Origin: Myxococcota bacterium
GTDB lineage: Bacteria; Myxococcota_A; UBA9160; JAFDDA01
Direction: 5' to 3'
Length of the DNA stretch: 64,000 bases
NCBI GenBank assembly: GCA_965228475.1
Contig: OZ245817.1
Coordinates: 4,128,001 to 4,192,000 of the forward strand
In this document: in pieces, positions 1 through 8,767 of the stretch
Position numbering within the stretch: position 1 is the stretch's first letter
Layout: each line of letters begins with the position of its first letter
The notes under the pieces: generated by a model
The model's input: the letters and a program-made list of their open reading frames with translations, nothing else
What the model was told of the DNA's origin: nothing
The model's database searches: none
Position numbers and translations under genes: made by a program

Positions 1-168
1 ATCCGGGCCGCGAACCGGGCTCATCGGCCCGCAGGCCTCACCGCCATCGCCGGGTACGATGTTCCCGCCTTCCGTCGACGAGAGCCGCATGCACCCGCCG
101 CTCCCGACGAAGAGAACCAAGACGCTCAGCAGCCGGACACACGTGCCCCCCGAAGCGAACCCTCCCAT
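1..168 (-). CDS. N-terminus of a putative lipoprotein (runs off the window edge)
   Basis: Manual translation MGGFASGGTCVRLLSVLVLFVGSGGCMRL...; hydrophobic stretch then G-G-C lipobox; purine-rich RBS upstream; not in the ORF track. Confidence 0.45.
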   Translation of the reverse strand, partial: MGGFASGGTCVRLLSVLVLFVGSGGCMRLSSTEGGNIVPGDGGEACGPMSPVRGPD

Positions 169-437
169 CGCTCCCCCCCTTGCCCTTTCATCGGTTCGCG
201 GGGGACCGCCTTGAAGGGCCTGCCCGGCGGGGAGAGGAGGGGACGCCGCCGCTGCCCGAGGAACCCGGCGCCGCCCCGAGGTGTCCGAATCCGGTCACCG
301 CGCGTCCGCGTTTCGTCACCCGAGGGTGGCAGTGCCGCGGAAGGCGGCGCTCAGGGGAAAGCCCCGGGGGATTGGAAGTGATCGAATTTACAGGGGTTCG
401 GCGGCGTCTATCCCGTGCACCCCGGCGGCGCCGTCCC

Positions 438-453
438 TGGCATGGAACGTGCT
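438..453 (+). promoter_or_regulatory. Candidate sigma-54 (-24/-12) promoter
   Basis: TGGCATGGAACGTGCT has GG-N10-GC spacing and resembles TGGCAC-N5-TTGC; about 30 bp upstream of the ATG at 486. Confidence 0.55.
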
Positions 454-485
454 TCGTCAGAGGGCATCCCGTTGGGAGGGAAGTC

Positions 486-713
486 ATGAGCAACGCCGCC
501 GTTCGCTACCAACCCGCCGAGCCCCGCCCCGCCCGCAGCGGCCCGGAGGCGGATGCGGCCCCCGTCGACACGACGCTGCTCGCGCTGGTCCAGGCCGTCT
601 CCGAGACGACCGAGGACGACCGCGAGGTCGTGAGCACGATCCTGCACATGATCCGGAGCGGCACCGTCCGCCTGCGCGGCATCTTCCGCGACGAGGCTCC
701 CCAGGACTTCTAG
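486..713 (+). CDS. Small hypothetical protein (75 aa)
   Basis: GGGAGGG RBS before ATG 486; MSNAAVRY...TTLLALVQAVSETTEDDREVVSTILHMIRSGTVRLRG. Confidence 0.65.
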   Translation: MSNAAVRYQPAEPRPARSGPEADAAPVDTTLLALVQAVSETTEDDREVVSTILHMIRSGTVRLRGIFRDEAPQDF

Positions 714-730
714 GCCCTCGAACCCGGCCC

Positions 731-1741
731 CTACAAACCGAGAGCGGCTTCGAGCTCTTCCCGGTAGGCGAACAGGCCGGGCGCGCCGCCCGTGTGCCAG
801 AAGAGCACTGGCCCTTCGCGCAGCTTCCCACTGCGAACGTCCGCGATGAGCCCGGCCATCGCCTTGCCCGTGTAGACCGGGTCGAGCAACAGGCCCTCGG
901 CGCGCGCGACGAGGGCGATGGCCTCGAAGGTCGCCTCGCTCGGGACGCCGTAGCCGTCGCCCAGGAAGGCGTCGTCGAGCCGCGGCGCGTGGCTCGGGCC
1001 GAGCTCCATCTCGAGCAGCGGGCCGAGGCCTTCGAAGAGCAGGTCGACTTCGCGCCGGTGCCGCACGGCATCGCCGAGCACGCAGATGCCGTTCACCCGG
1101 GTGCGCAGGGCGCGCCGCGCGAGCCCGCAGGCGAGGCCGGCCACGGTTCCGCCGGTCCCGACCGCCGCGTAGAGATCCGTGAACTCGACCCCCTGCCCCG
1201 CCGCCTGGTCCGCGAGCTCCTCCGCGGCCTGGACGAAGCCGAGGGCGCCGACGGCCGTCGAGCCGCCCGCCGGGTGGACGACGGCGATGCGGCCCTCTTC
1301 GCGCGCCTGCTCCTTCAGGCCGAACACCTTGCGCAGCGCCGCCGCCTCGTCCTTCATGATGAAGACCTCGGCGCCGAACAGGCGGTCGAGCAGGACGTTC
1401 CCGCTCTCTTCGTATTCGATGCCGCCGCGCGGCACCACGCGCGGCAGGACGAGCTGGCAGCGCATGCCGAGCCGGGCCGCGGCCGCCGCCGTCTGGCGCG
1501 CGTGGTTCGACTGGACGCCGCCGACGGTGACGACGGTGTCCGCGCCTTCCTCACGCGCCGCCCCGAGCAGGTACTCGAGCTTGCGCGCCTTGTTCCCGCC
1601 GAAGCCGAGCCCCGTCGCGTCGTCGCGCTTCACCCAGATCTCCGGGCCGCCGAGCTGCGCGCTGAGGCGCGGCAACGGCTCGAGCGGCGTCGGGAGGTGG
1701 GCGAGGGAAACGCGCGGGAACGATTCGAGCGAACGCGGCAT
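731..1741 (-). CDS. D-cysteine desulfhydrase / ACC deaminase family PLP enzyme
   Basis: PTPLE, WVKRDD-TG-FGGNKARKLEYL, GGVQSNHAR and DPVYTGKA motifs. Confidence 0.92.
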   Translation of the reverse strand: MPRSLESFPRVSLAHLPTPLEPLPRLSAQLGGPEIWVKRDDATGLGFGGNKARKLEYLLGAAREEGADTVVTVGGVQSNHARQTAAAAARLGMRCQLVLPRVVPRGGIEYEESGNVLLDRLFGAEVFIMKDEAAALRKVFGLKEQAREEGRIAVVHPAGGSTAVGALGFVQAAEELADQAAGQGVEFTDLYAAVGTGGTVAGLACGLARRALRTRVNGICVLGDAVRHRREVDLLFEGLGPLLEMELGPSHAPRLDDAFLGDGYGVPSEATFEAIALVARAEGLLLDPVYTGKAMAGLIADVRSGKLREGPVLFWHTGGAPGLFAYREELEAALGL

Positions 1742-1767
1742 GGGGGCGACTCTAGCGATCGGCCGGG

Positions 1768-3255
1768 TCACGGGCGCTCGCCGTTCGCGGTTTTTTCTTC
1801 GCGGTTCGAGAGGCGCGGCGGGATCCAACCCCCGAGCCCTTCTTCGAGCGCCATCGCCGCGGCGATGCAGAGCGCGTCGTTGCCGTGGCGGGCGGCGACC
1901 TGCACGCCGAGGGGCAGCCCTTCCCGGGAGAGTCCCAGGGGCACCTGGGTCGCCGGCAGCTCCATCGGGTTCAGGACGCAGGTGTAGGCGTAGTCCATCC
2001 GCAGGAGGAGCTGCCGCCGCAGGGGCTGGCCGTGTTTCGGTGCGGTCCGGACGTACGAGGGCAGGAGCAGGACGCCGCCGTCGCCGAGCAGGCGGAACAG
2101 GCGGTGCTGGAGCTGCCTTCCGAGGTCGACCATGCGGGCCTGATGCTTCGGGAAGCGCGCCACGAGCCGCTCGGAAACCGCGAGCAGGCAGGACATCAGC
2201 GTGAACTCGGACGCGCCCATCAGGCAACGCGCAAGCTCGCCCCACGGCGAAACGGCCCGTCCCTGCCCCAGGAGTTCGGTGAACGGCTCGTCGGAAGAGA
2301 CGGCGAGCATCGAAGACCAGATCTCGAAGGCGTGCTCGAGCTCAGGGAGCCGGATCGACTCGACCTGCGCTCCGCGGTCCGAGAGATGGTCCGCGGCCCG
2401 TCGCTGGACCGCCACCAGCTCGGCGCTGACCGGATGCCGCGGGGTGCCCGAGCAGTCGAAGACGCGAAGCGCCGAGAGGTCGATCTTCTCGGGGTCCTCG
2501 AGGGTGAGGTCGATGCAGGCCGCGTCCTCGCCGTCCGGCCCGGCCAGGATGCGCAAGATCGGCATCAGGTCCTCGGCCCGTCGGCAGAGCGGCCCGCTTC
2601 CGAGGAACGAAAGGGCCCGGTCACTCGCCAGGGGGTACTGGCCCGTTGCCGGCACGAGGCCACCGGAAGGCTTGTGGCCGAAGACCCCGTTGAAGAAGGC
2701 CGGCATCCGGATCGAGCCGCCGATGTCGCTGCCGAGCCCGAACGGCGAGCCCCCCGCGCCGATGATCGCGCCCTCGCCCCCCGAGCTCCCACCGACGGTG
2801 CGCTTCGGGTCGTAGGGGTTGTTCGTACGTCCGTAGACCGGATTGTCCGACTCCATCCACATGCAGAGTTCGGAGATGTTCGTGACGCCCAGCGGGATCG
2901 CGCCGGCCTTGCGGAGGCGGCGGACGGCCGTGGCATCCCGTTCGGCGACGAGACCCTGGCGGGCGGCGAGGCCCGAAGTGTTCGGCATGCCCTCGAGGGC
3001 GAAGCACTCCTTGATCGTGCACGGGACACCGTGGAGCGGACCGAGGGACGCGGCCGGCTTCTCGCGCACCAGCGCGTCGGCCCGATCGGCCTCCGCGAGG
3101 GCGGCCTCTCGCCGGAACGCGACGACCGCGTTCAGGCCGGGATTCACGCGGTCGATCTGAGCGAGGTGCGCCTCGACGATTTCCCGGGACGTCGAGGCCC
3201 CGGTGCGAATCCGCCGGGCCAGCTCGACCGCCGAGGCCTGGTTCAGCTCCTGCAC
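1768..3255 (-). CDS. Amidase signature family protein (fatty-acid amide hydrolase-like)
   Basis: GPLHGVPCTIKE, GGSSGGEGA and GSDIGGSIRMPA motifs (Lys-Ser-Ser triad). Confidence 0.92.
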   Translation of the reverse strand: MQELNQASAVELARRIRTGASTSREIVEAHLAQIDRVNPGLNAVVAFRREAALAEADRADALVREKPAASLGPLHGVPCTIKECFALEGMPNTSGLAARQGLVAERDATAVRRLRKAGAIPLGVTNISELCMWMESDNPVYGRTNNPYDPKRTVGGSSGGEGAIIGAGGSPFGLGSDIGGSIRMPAFFNGVFGHKPSGGLVPATGQYPLASDRALSFLGSGPLCRRAEDLMPILRILAGPDGEDAACIDLTLEDPEKIDLSALRVFDCSGTPRHPVSAELVAVQRRAADHLSDRGAQVESIRLPELEHAFEIWSSMLAVSSDEPFTELLGQGRAVSPWGELARCLMGASEFTLMSCLLAVSERLVARFPKHQARMVDLGRQLQHRLFRLLGDGGVLLLPSYVRTAPKHGQPLRRQLLLRMDYAYTCVLNPMELPATQVPLGLSREGLPLGVQVAARHGNDALCIAAAMALEEGLGGWIPPRLSNREEKTANGERP

Positions 3256-3257
3256 GC

Positions 3258-4025
3258 TCAGGCCGCAGGAAGGAGCGGGCCGTGGACACCGCGAGCCGGA
3301 ACGGAGCGGCGCCGCAGTGCAGGCTTGGGGAACCGCTCGAGAAGCAGATCCGCGGCGAGCGACGAGCCCAACGGGGAGAGGTGGAGCGGATCCGCGAACA
3401 GATCGTCGTCGGCTCCGGCCTGGGGGGGAAGCCCGATCTCCCTTTCGCCGACGGCCCCGCCGTCCCGAACGATGCGCGCGAAGAGGTCGGCCAGGTCGAC
3501 GAAGCGGGCGCCGTACATGCGTGCGATCACGGAGAGGCCGGTCCGCCAGTAGGCGTCCATGCGCGCGAGGCTCCGAAGCGGGGCGTCCGCCTCGCCCGCA
3601 GCCTCCTCGGAGATCCGGCCGAACATGCGCCAGGCGGCCGGCGTGCTCGCGAGCGCCAGCGGCTTCACGAGGAGGACGCTCGCGCCCGTGGCGTTGAGCT
3701 TCGCAACGACGAGCTCCGTCTCGAGCAGGAGATCCTGCAGGAACTCGACTTTCTCCTCCGCGGCGGCCCGCAGCTGGTTCCCGGCATCGACGATGCCGAG
3801 GCTGACCAGAGCCGTCGTCGGGCGAAGGCCGACGGCGAGCTCGAGCTGCTCCTCGATGACCTCCCGGGCGCTCGAGCCCGTCTCGGAGAGGTCGATCAGC
3901 TCGGCTCCGAGGCGCTCGGCCAGGAGTCCGAACGGCCCGGCCGCGTCCCAGAGCAGCGCGCCCGCGCCGTCCCCCAGTGCGACGAGCCTCGAAACGTCGA
4001 AGCGGCGCTCGGCACGGCGCGGCAT
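3258..4025 (-). CDS. Divergent SGNH/GDSL hydrolase-like protein
   Basis: LVALGDG (block I-like, catalytic Ser absent), SLGIVD, FVDL and LFADPLHLSPLG (DxxH); ATG 4025 overlaps the upstream stop (TGATG). Confidence 0.6.
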   Translation of the reverse strand: MPRRAERRFDVSRLVALGDGAGALLWDAAGPFGLLAERLGAELIDLSETGSSAREVIEEQLELAVGLRPTTALVSLGIVDAGNQLRAAAEEKVEFLQDLLLETELVVAKLNATGASVLLVKPLALASTPAAWRMFGRISEEAAGEADAPLRSLARMDAYWRTGLSVIARMYGARFVDLADLFARIVRDGGAVGEREIGLPPQAGADDDLFADPLHLSPLGSSLAADLLLERFPKPALRRRSVPARGVHGPLLPAA

Positions 4026-4183
4026 CACGAAACCCGGCTTTCGGCGACCGGAGGCGTGGGGGCCTCCAGGCCGGCAGCGCCGGCGAGCCCGGCGGAGAGA
4101 AGCACGAGCGCGAGACCGAGACCCGCGAGGAGGATTCTGGGAAAGAGCCCTTGCCGGGGATCGACTTGATCGACTGCGTTCAT
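4025..4183 (-). CDS. Small secreted peptide (52 aa; signal peptide plus ~16 aa)
   Basis: GAGGAGG RBS; MNAVDQVDPRQGLFPRILLAGLGLALVLLSAGLAGA|AGLEAPTPPVAESRVS; leader and N-terminus resemble the gene starting at 11442. Confidence 0.6.
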   Translation of the reverse strand: MNAVDQVDPRQGLFPRILLAGLGLALVLLSAGLAGAAGLEAPTPPVAESRVS

Positions 4184-4298
4184 CGGGCGCCCTCCTCGCG
4201 GGTCGGTCACACGGGGAGGACCCGCAGCGCCGGGGGGCACCGCGAGAACCTTCCCAGGTTCGCTTTCGTGTGTAACCCGGGAGGGCGCCGGCCTGAAG

Positions 4299-4329
4299 GG
4301 ACGTCATGGGATGGTCAAGAAGTCATCAG
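4299..4329. repeat. 31-bp direct repeat, copy 1 (copy 2 at 10722-10752)
   Basis: GGACGTCATGGGATGGTCAAGAAGTCATCAG is identical at both sites. Confidence 0.95.
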
Positions 4330-4381
4330 GCTCCGGAGAGATTCGGAGCCAGGAGGACGCGCGAGTACCGACGCGAGCGAA

Positions 4382-4400
4382 CATGAAGGCAGCATGAAGA
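4382..4400 (-). promoter_or_regulatory. Candidate wHTH-regulator box (CTTCA repeated at 11-bp spacing)
   Basis: Minus strand TCTTCATGCTGCCTTCATG; 17/19 identical to 7566-7584 (+). Confidence 0.5.
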
Positions 4401-4487
4401 TCCAGGAGGAGGCGCTCAGCCGGCTTCAGGGCGCGCGAGGCGCCCGGTCGAAAGCACCGAGCTGATATCATTTCCCCTGTTGGGCCG

Positions 4488-7400
4488 ATGATGAGCGACT
4501 CCTTCGTCCACGTCCGATTCGGGGGCTTCGAGCTCGACGAGGCCGCCTTCGAGCTTCGCCAGGCGGACGGGGTCGTTCCGATCGAACCCCAGCCGCTCAC
4601 GCTGCTCTTGATGCTCGTGCGCCATCGGGACCGGGTGATGCGCCGCGAGGAGCTGACCCAGGCGCTCTGGCCGGACACGGCCGTGGGCTCGACGTCCCTT
4701 CCCCAGGCCATCCGCAAGGTACGGGACGCCCTCGGCGAATCCGGCGGCGAACGGGGCGCGATCCAGACCCACCGGGGCCTGGGCTTCCGCTTCGTCGCGG
4801 AAGTCGAGGAAGAGCCCGAGGCCCCGCTCCGCGCGCAGCCGAGGCGACGAAGGGGGGAACCCGGGCTCTATGGCCGCGAGGCCGACTGTGAGGCCGTGCT
4901 CGAAGCGCTCGACGGCGCCATCGCCGGACGCGGCAGCGCGACGTTCGTCACCGGCGCAGCGGGCATCGGCAAGACGCGGCTCGCGGCCTTCGCCGCGGAG
5001 GCGGCCCGCCACTCGGACACCGAGACCCATCGTGCCGGTGCCCTCGAGGAACGCGGCGCTCCGCCCTTCTGGCTCTGGGTCCAGATCCTCCGCTCCTACG
5101 CGGACACCCTGTCCGAAGGAGAACTGGCCGACGCTCCCGGGTCCGCGGCCCTCGACTTGGCGCGGCTCGTCCCGGACCTGAGCCCCGACGCGGCACCGGA
5201 GTCGACCGGACCCGCCGACTCGGACGAAGCCCGTTTCCGGCTCTTCGATGCCCTGGTCCGGTTCCTCGTCTGGCGGTCGCGCGAGCGGCCCCAGGTCCTC
5301 GTCCTCGAAGACCTCCACTGGGCCGACCCGGCCTCGCTGGCCGCGTTGGGCCACCTCGCGGGGGAGCTCTCGGAGCATGCCATCGCCATCGTCGCGACGT
5401 TCCGCGACGACGAACTCGGTCCCGGGCACGCGATCCTCGACATCGAGGCCGAATGCGCCCGTCACGACGCCCTGCGCCGGATCTCTCTCGGGGGCCTCGC
5501 ACCGGGCGACGTCACACGGCTCGTAACCGACCTGGCGGGCTTCACGCCGTCGGACTCGCTGACCCAGACCATCGTGCAGCGGACCGGAGGCAACCCCTTC
5601 TTCATCAAGCAGATCGTCAGCCTCGACGTCGAAGCCGCACGGACCTCGGACGATCCGGAGCGGCAGCTCGACGTGACCCTCGCAACCATGCCGCGCGAGG
5701 TCCGGCGCGTGGTCGGCCGGCGCCTCGGCCGTCTCTCGGAGGATGCGCGCACGGTGCTGGCTGCGGGCGCGGTCCTCGGGCGAAGCTTCGACGTCGCGAC
5801 GGTCCTGCGGATGGTTCCGCTGGCGCGAGAGGCACTCCTCCAGGCCCTCCAGGAAGCGGGAGACTCCCGGGCGATCCAGCCGGTGGAAGGGACGGAGCAC
5901 CGCTATGCGTTCCTGCACGACCTGCTCCGCGAGGTCGTCTACGACGAACTCGACGAAACCGCGCGGATGCGACTGCACCGGGCGGCTGCCGAGGCGCTGG
6001 AAGACATCCACCCCGAGGACAGGACGCCGGTCGTTCCGGCACTGGCCCACCACTACGGCTGCGCGGCCCCGCTGCTCGACGGAGCCGAGGCGGTCGACTA
6101 CGCCAAGTGGGCCGGCTCCCTGGCGCAGAGTTCCCTCGCCTACGAAGAGGCGTTCCAGTTCTACGACCGCGCGCTCCACGCGATGGACCTCACCCCCGAA
6201 CCGAGCATCGGCCTTCGGGCGGAGCTGATGGTGCTCCGCGGCTTCGCCCTCCAATCCTGCGGCCGGCACGAAGAGGGGCGCCAGGCGCTGCGCGAAGCGC
6301 TGCACGTCTCCCGCGTCGCCGGCTCCGGAACGCTGATGGTGGCCTCGGCCGTCGGACTCGCCGAGTTCGGGATCGGACTCCCCGACGCAGAGACGCTCGA
6401 CGCGCTCGAGCAGGCGCGGGCCGCCCTCGCCGAGCCCGAGGGCATGCTGCACGTCTGGGTCTACGGGCTGCTCGCGGCGAACCTCGCCAACGATCGGGAA
6501 CGGTTGCCTGAAGCGGACTCGCTCTCGAAGCGGGCCGAGACGGTCGCCAACGAGATCGATGATCCGGGCGCGCTCAGCCTGGCGCTCTCGAGCCAGGCCG
6601 CAGTCCAGAGGCTGCTCCCCTCCGGGCACCCGAAGGATCGAGACGCCATTGCCGCCCGCTCCGCGGCGTGCGCTGCCGATGCGCGCGACCCGACGGCCGA
6701 ACTCCTGGCCCGCCTGCAGCGCTTCGGAGCGCTGCTCGAACGGGGAGACATCTCCGAGGTCGATGCGGAGACCGCACGGATCGACGAACTCCTGCAGCGA
6801 TTGCGGTCTCCCTACTGGGGATACGTCCGCCCGTCCCTCCGCGCCATGCGTGAGCTGCTCCTCGGCCACTTCGAGGAGTCCGAGCGCCTCGCCCTCGAGG
6901 CCTACCAGGGAACGGAACACCCGCGACTGAATCTGGCCGCCGCCCTGGCCGGGATGATCGCGAGCATCCGCTACCAGCAGGGCCGCATGGGCGAGCTCGT
7001 TCCCGTCATGGGCCCGCTCGTCGCGCAGAACCCGAAGCTGCCGGCCCTCCGGGCCGGAGCCGTCCTTGCCTTGAAGGAGGCCGGACGGCTCGAAGAGGCG
7101 CGCGAGGAGATTCGTCACATCGCGGCCGACGGCTTCGGTGCGATCGTCGGGAGCGAAAGCTGGCTCTGCGCTCTCGCGATGCTCGCGGAGGTCGTCGCCG
7201 AGCTCGGGGAGCGAGAAGCTTGCGAAGACCTCCTCGCGATCCTCGAGCCCCGGGCGGACCAGTGCATCATCATCGCCAACGGCCACTACAGCCACGGCCC
7301 CGTTTCCTTGCAACTCGGCAAGCTCGCGACGACGCTCGCCGAATGGGATGCCGCCGAATCCCACCTCGAAGACGCGCTCGAGCGAAGCGACCGGCTTCGA

Positions 7401-7553
7401 TCCCCGGTTTGGCGGGCTCAGACGCTCGCCTCCCTCGCCCGCCTCCATCGCACCAGCGGAGACCGGGAGCACGCTCGGGCCCGCGCTGCCGAAGCCACGG
7501 CGATCGCCACGGAGCTGGGCATGACCGGACTGACGCGATCCCTCCGGGCGTAG
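4488..7553 (+). CDS. Large transcriptional regulator 1: OmpR/PhoB-type wHTH + AAA/STAND NTPase + TPR-like C-terminus
   Basis: RFGGFELD...IQTHRGLGFRF wHTH; Walker A GAAGIGKT; Walker B LVLEDLHWAD; GGNPFF motif; helical repeat tail. Confidence 0.9.
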   Translation: MMSDSFVHVRFGGFELDEAAFELRQADGVVPIEPQPLTLLLMLVRHRDRVMRREELTQALWPDTAVGSTSLPQAIRKVRDALGESGGERGAIQTHRGLGFRFVAEVEEEPEAPLRAQPRRRRGEPGLYGREADCEAVLEALDGAIAGRGSATFVTGAAGIGKTRLAAFAAEAARHSDTETHRAGALEERGAPPFWLWVQILRSYADTLSEGELADAPGSAALDLARLVPDLSPDAAPESTGPADSDEARFRLFDALVRFLVWRSRERPQVLVLEDLHWADPASLAALGHLAGELSEHAIAIVATFRDDELGPGHAILDIEAECARHDALRRISLGGLAPGDVTRLVTDLAGFTPSDSLTQTIVQRTGGNPFFIKQIVSLDVEAARTSDDPERQLDVTLATMPREVRRVVGRRLGRLSEDARTVLAAGAVLGRSFDVATVLRMVPLAREALLQALQEAGDSRAIQPVEGTEHRYAFLHDLLREVVYDELDETARMRLHRAAAEALEDIHPEDRTPVVPALAHHYGCAAPLLDGAEAVDYAKWAGSLAQSSLAYEEAFQFYDRALHAMDLTPEPSIGLRAELMVLRGFALQSCGRHEEGRQALREALHVSRVAGSGTLMVASAVGLAEFGIGLPDAETLDALEQARAALAEPEGMLHVWVYGLLAANLANDRERLPEADSLSKRAETVANEIDDPGALSLALSSQAAVQRLLPSGHPKDRDAIAARSAACAADARDPTAELLARLQRFGALLERGDISEVDAETARIDELLQRLRSPYWGYVRPSLRAMRELLLGHFEESERLALEAYQGTEHPRLNLAAALAGMIASIRYQQGRMGELVPVMGPLVAQNPKLPALRAGAVLALKEAGRLEEAREEIRHIAADGFGAIVGSESWLCALAMLAEVVAELGEREACEDLLAILEPRADQCIIIANGHYSHGPVSLQLGKLATTLAEWDAAESHLEDALERSDRLRSPVWRAQTLASLARLHRTSGDREHARARAAEATAIATELGMTGLTRSLRA

Positions 7554-7565
7554 CCCCGTTCATCG

Positions 7566-7584
7566 TCTTCAAACTGCCTTCATG
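7566..7584 (+). promoter_or_regulatory. Candidate wHTH-regulator box
   Basis: TCTTCAAACTGCCTTCATG, CTTCA at 11-bp spacing, upstream of the small ORF at 7630. Confidence 0.5.
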
Positions 7585-7629
7585 AAGCCATCACGCCACG
7601 CGCGAGCTCCGTCCGCGAGACTCCGAGCC

Positions 7630-7818
7630 ATGGCGAAGGAAACCCCGAAGGCATCGACGACCGACGAGACGTCCGAGGCGAATCGCCCCGCCCCCCAGGA
7701 CGAGAACCGCTCGAGAGAGCGGAAGACGCCCGCGGCGCCGCCCAGCGGGGACGATTCGCAGGATTCCGCCTGGCTTTCGAACGCGGTCCTCCGCGCTCTT
7801 CGATCGCGAATCCCGTAG
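7630..7818 (+). CDS. Small charged hypothetical protein (62 aa)
   Basis: MAKETPKAS...DSAWLSNAVLRALRSRIP; same cassette position and similar C-terminal helix as ORF 24400; RBS weak. Confidence 0.45.
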   Translation: MAKETPKASTTDETSEANRPAPQDENRSRERKTPAAPPSGDDSQDSAWLSNAVLRALRSRIP

Positions 7819-7856
7819 CCACGCACGCGGGAACACGCGGCCGCTCGATACCGCGA

Positions 7857-7875
7857 TGTTCAAAGTCCCTTCAAG
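7857..7875 (+). promoter_or_regulatory. Candidate wHTH-regulator box upstream of PEP-CTERM gene
   Basis: TGTTCAAAGTCCCTTCAAG; 15/19 identical to 7566-7584. Confidence 0.5.
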
Positions 7876-8041
7876 GTCGACCCACACAGTTTCGCGTTAC
7901 AACGAAACCGTCGCGCAAGAAACGCGCGGCACTGGGAATGGGGAAGGTTCGGAGTTCGTTCCTTCACCCGAACCCCGCAAGCGGAAGAGGTTGCGGGGCA
8001 AACGAGCGGTCGCATCGACCGAGTACCTGGAAGGATCTCTC

Positions 8042-8722
8042 ATGAGCCGATTCATCAAGCTGTCCGCGTTCGTCGCCTTCATGGCCCTGGCGAGCCCGGC
8101 CCACGCAACGTTCCTGAACATCGACCTCACGCCGACTGGCTTCTACCACACGTTCGATACGGCGGGCGACTTGCTCTCGAACACGAACGAGCAGTCGACG
8201 GGCAACGCCCTCTGGGCGGGCAGCGACGGATTCTTCGCGGAGAACGGCGTCTGGTACGTGGTCGACGGAAGCGAGACCTGGCACTCGTTCGCCTCGGCGA
8301 CGGACATGGTCCTGGCCCAGAACGAGATCGCCAGCGGCAGCTCGGTCTGGAACTCCGAGGACGGCTACTTCGCCGCGGACAACGTGTACTACCAGATCAG
8401 CAACGACAACACGTGGCGCTCCTACGGCTCGGCCGCGGACCTGTTCTCCAACTCGAACATGATCGCGACCGGCACGTCGGCCTGGGCCTTCAGCGACGGC
8501 TTCTTCGCGGTCGACGGCGCCTACTACAACGTCGACGGCGGCGGGAACTGGCACCAGTACGCCACGGCGGCGGACCTCCTCTCGAACATCAACGAAGTCG
8601 CCACCGGAACGTCGAGCTGGGGCTCCGCGGACGGTTTCGCTTCGGACGTGCCCGAGCCGGGCACGCTGCTCCTCCTCGGTGCAGGGCTCTTCGGCCTCGC
8701 ACTCACCGGACGCCGGAGCTAA
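8042..8722 (+). CDS. PEP-CTERM protein with four ~45-aa internal repeats
   Basis: Signal peptide ending AHA; repeats W-H-S-F-x-S-A-x-D-L...SDGFFA; C-terminal VPEPGTLLLLGAGLFGLALTGRRS. Confidence 0.93.
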   Translation: MSRFIKLSAFVAFMALASPAHATFLNIDLTPTGFYHTFDTAGDLLSNTNEQSTGNALWAGSDGFFAENGVWYVVDGSETWHSFASATDMVLAQNEIASGSSVWNSEDGYFAADNVYYQISNDNTWRSYGSAADLFSNSNMIATGTSAWAFSDGFFAVDGAYYNVDGGGNWHQYATAADLLSNINEVATGTSSWGSADGFASDVPEPGTLLLLGAGLFGLALTGRRS

Positions 8723-8767
8723 CCGCTCACGCCCGACCTCTCGCGGGCGCATCCGCGAGAGAACTGC

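Noticed and set aside
3258..4183. Single frameshifted secreted SGNH gene
   Set aside because: The junction is a clean TGATG stop-start overlap typical of coupled genes, so two ORFs were kept; a frameshift is not fully excluded
4416..7472. Long antisense ORFs (4416-7472, the 17804-19783 extension, 21952-24285, 35209-37341 and others)
   Set aside because: Shadow frames of real genes in high-GC DNA with no domain motifs
4382..7584. 19-bp inverted repeats flanking regulator 1 read as transposon ends
   Set aside because: No transposase or target duplication, and a third copy at 7857 fits binding sites better
7928..7952. GGCACTGGGAATGGGGAAGG resembling part of a cobalamin riboswitch
   Set aside because: The other conserved elements (AGGGAA-x-x-GGTG, CCCGCAACTGT, B12 box) are not visible in the expected order; an Infernal search would be needed
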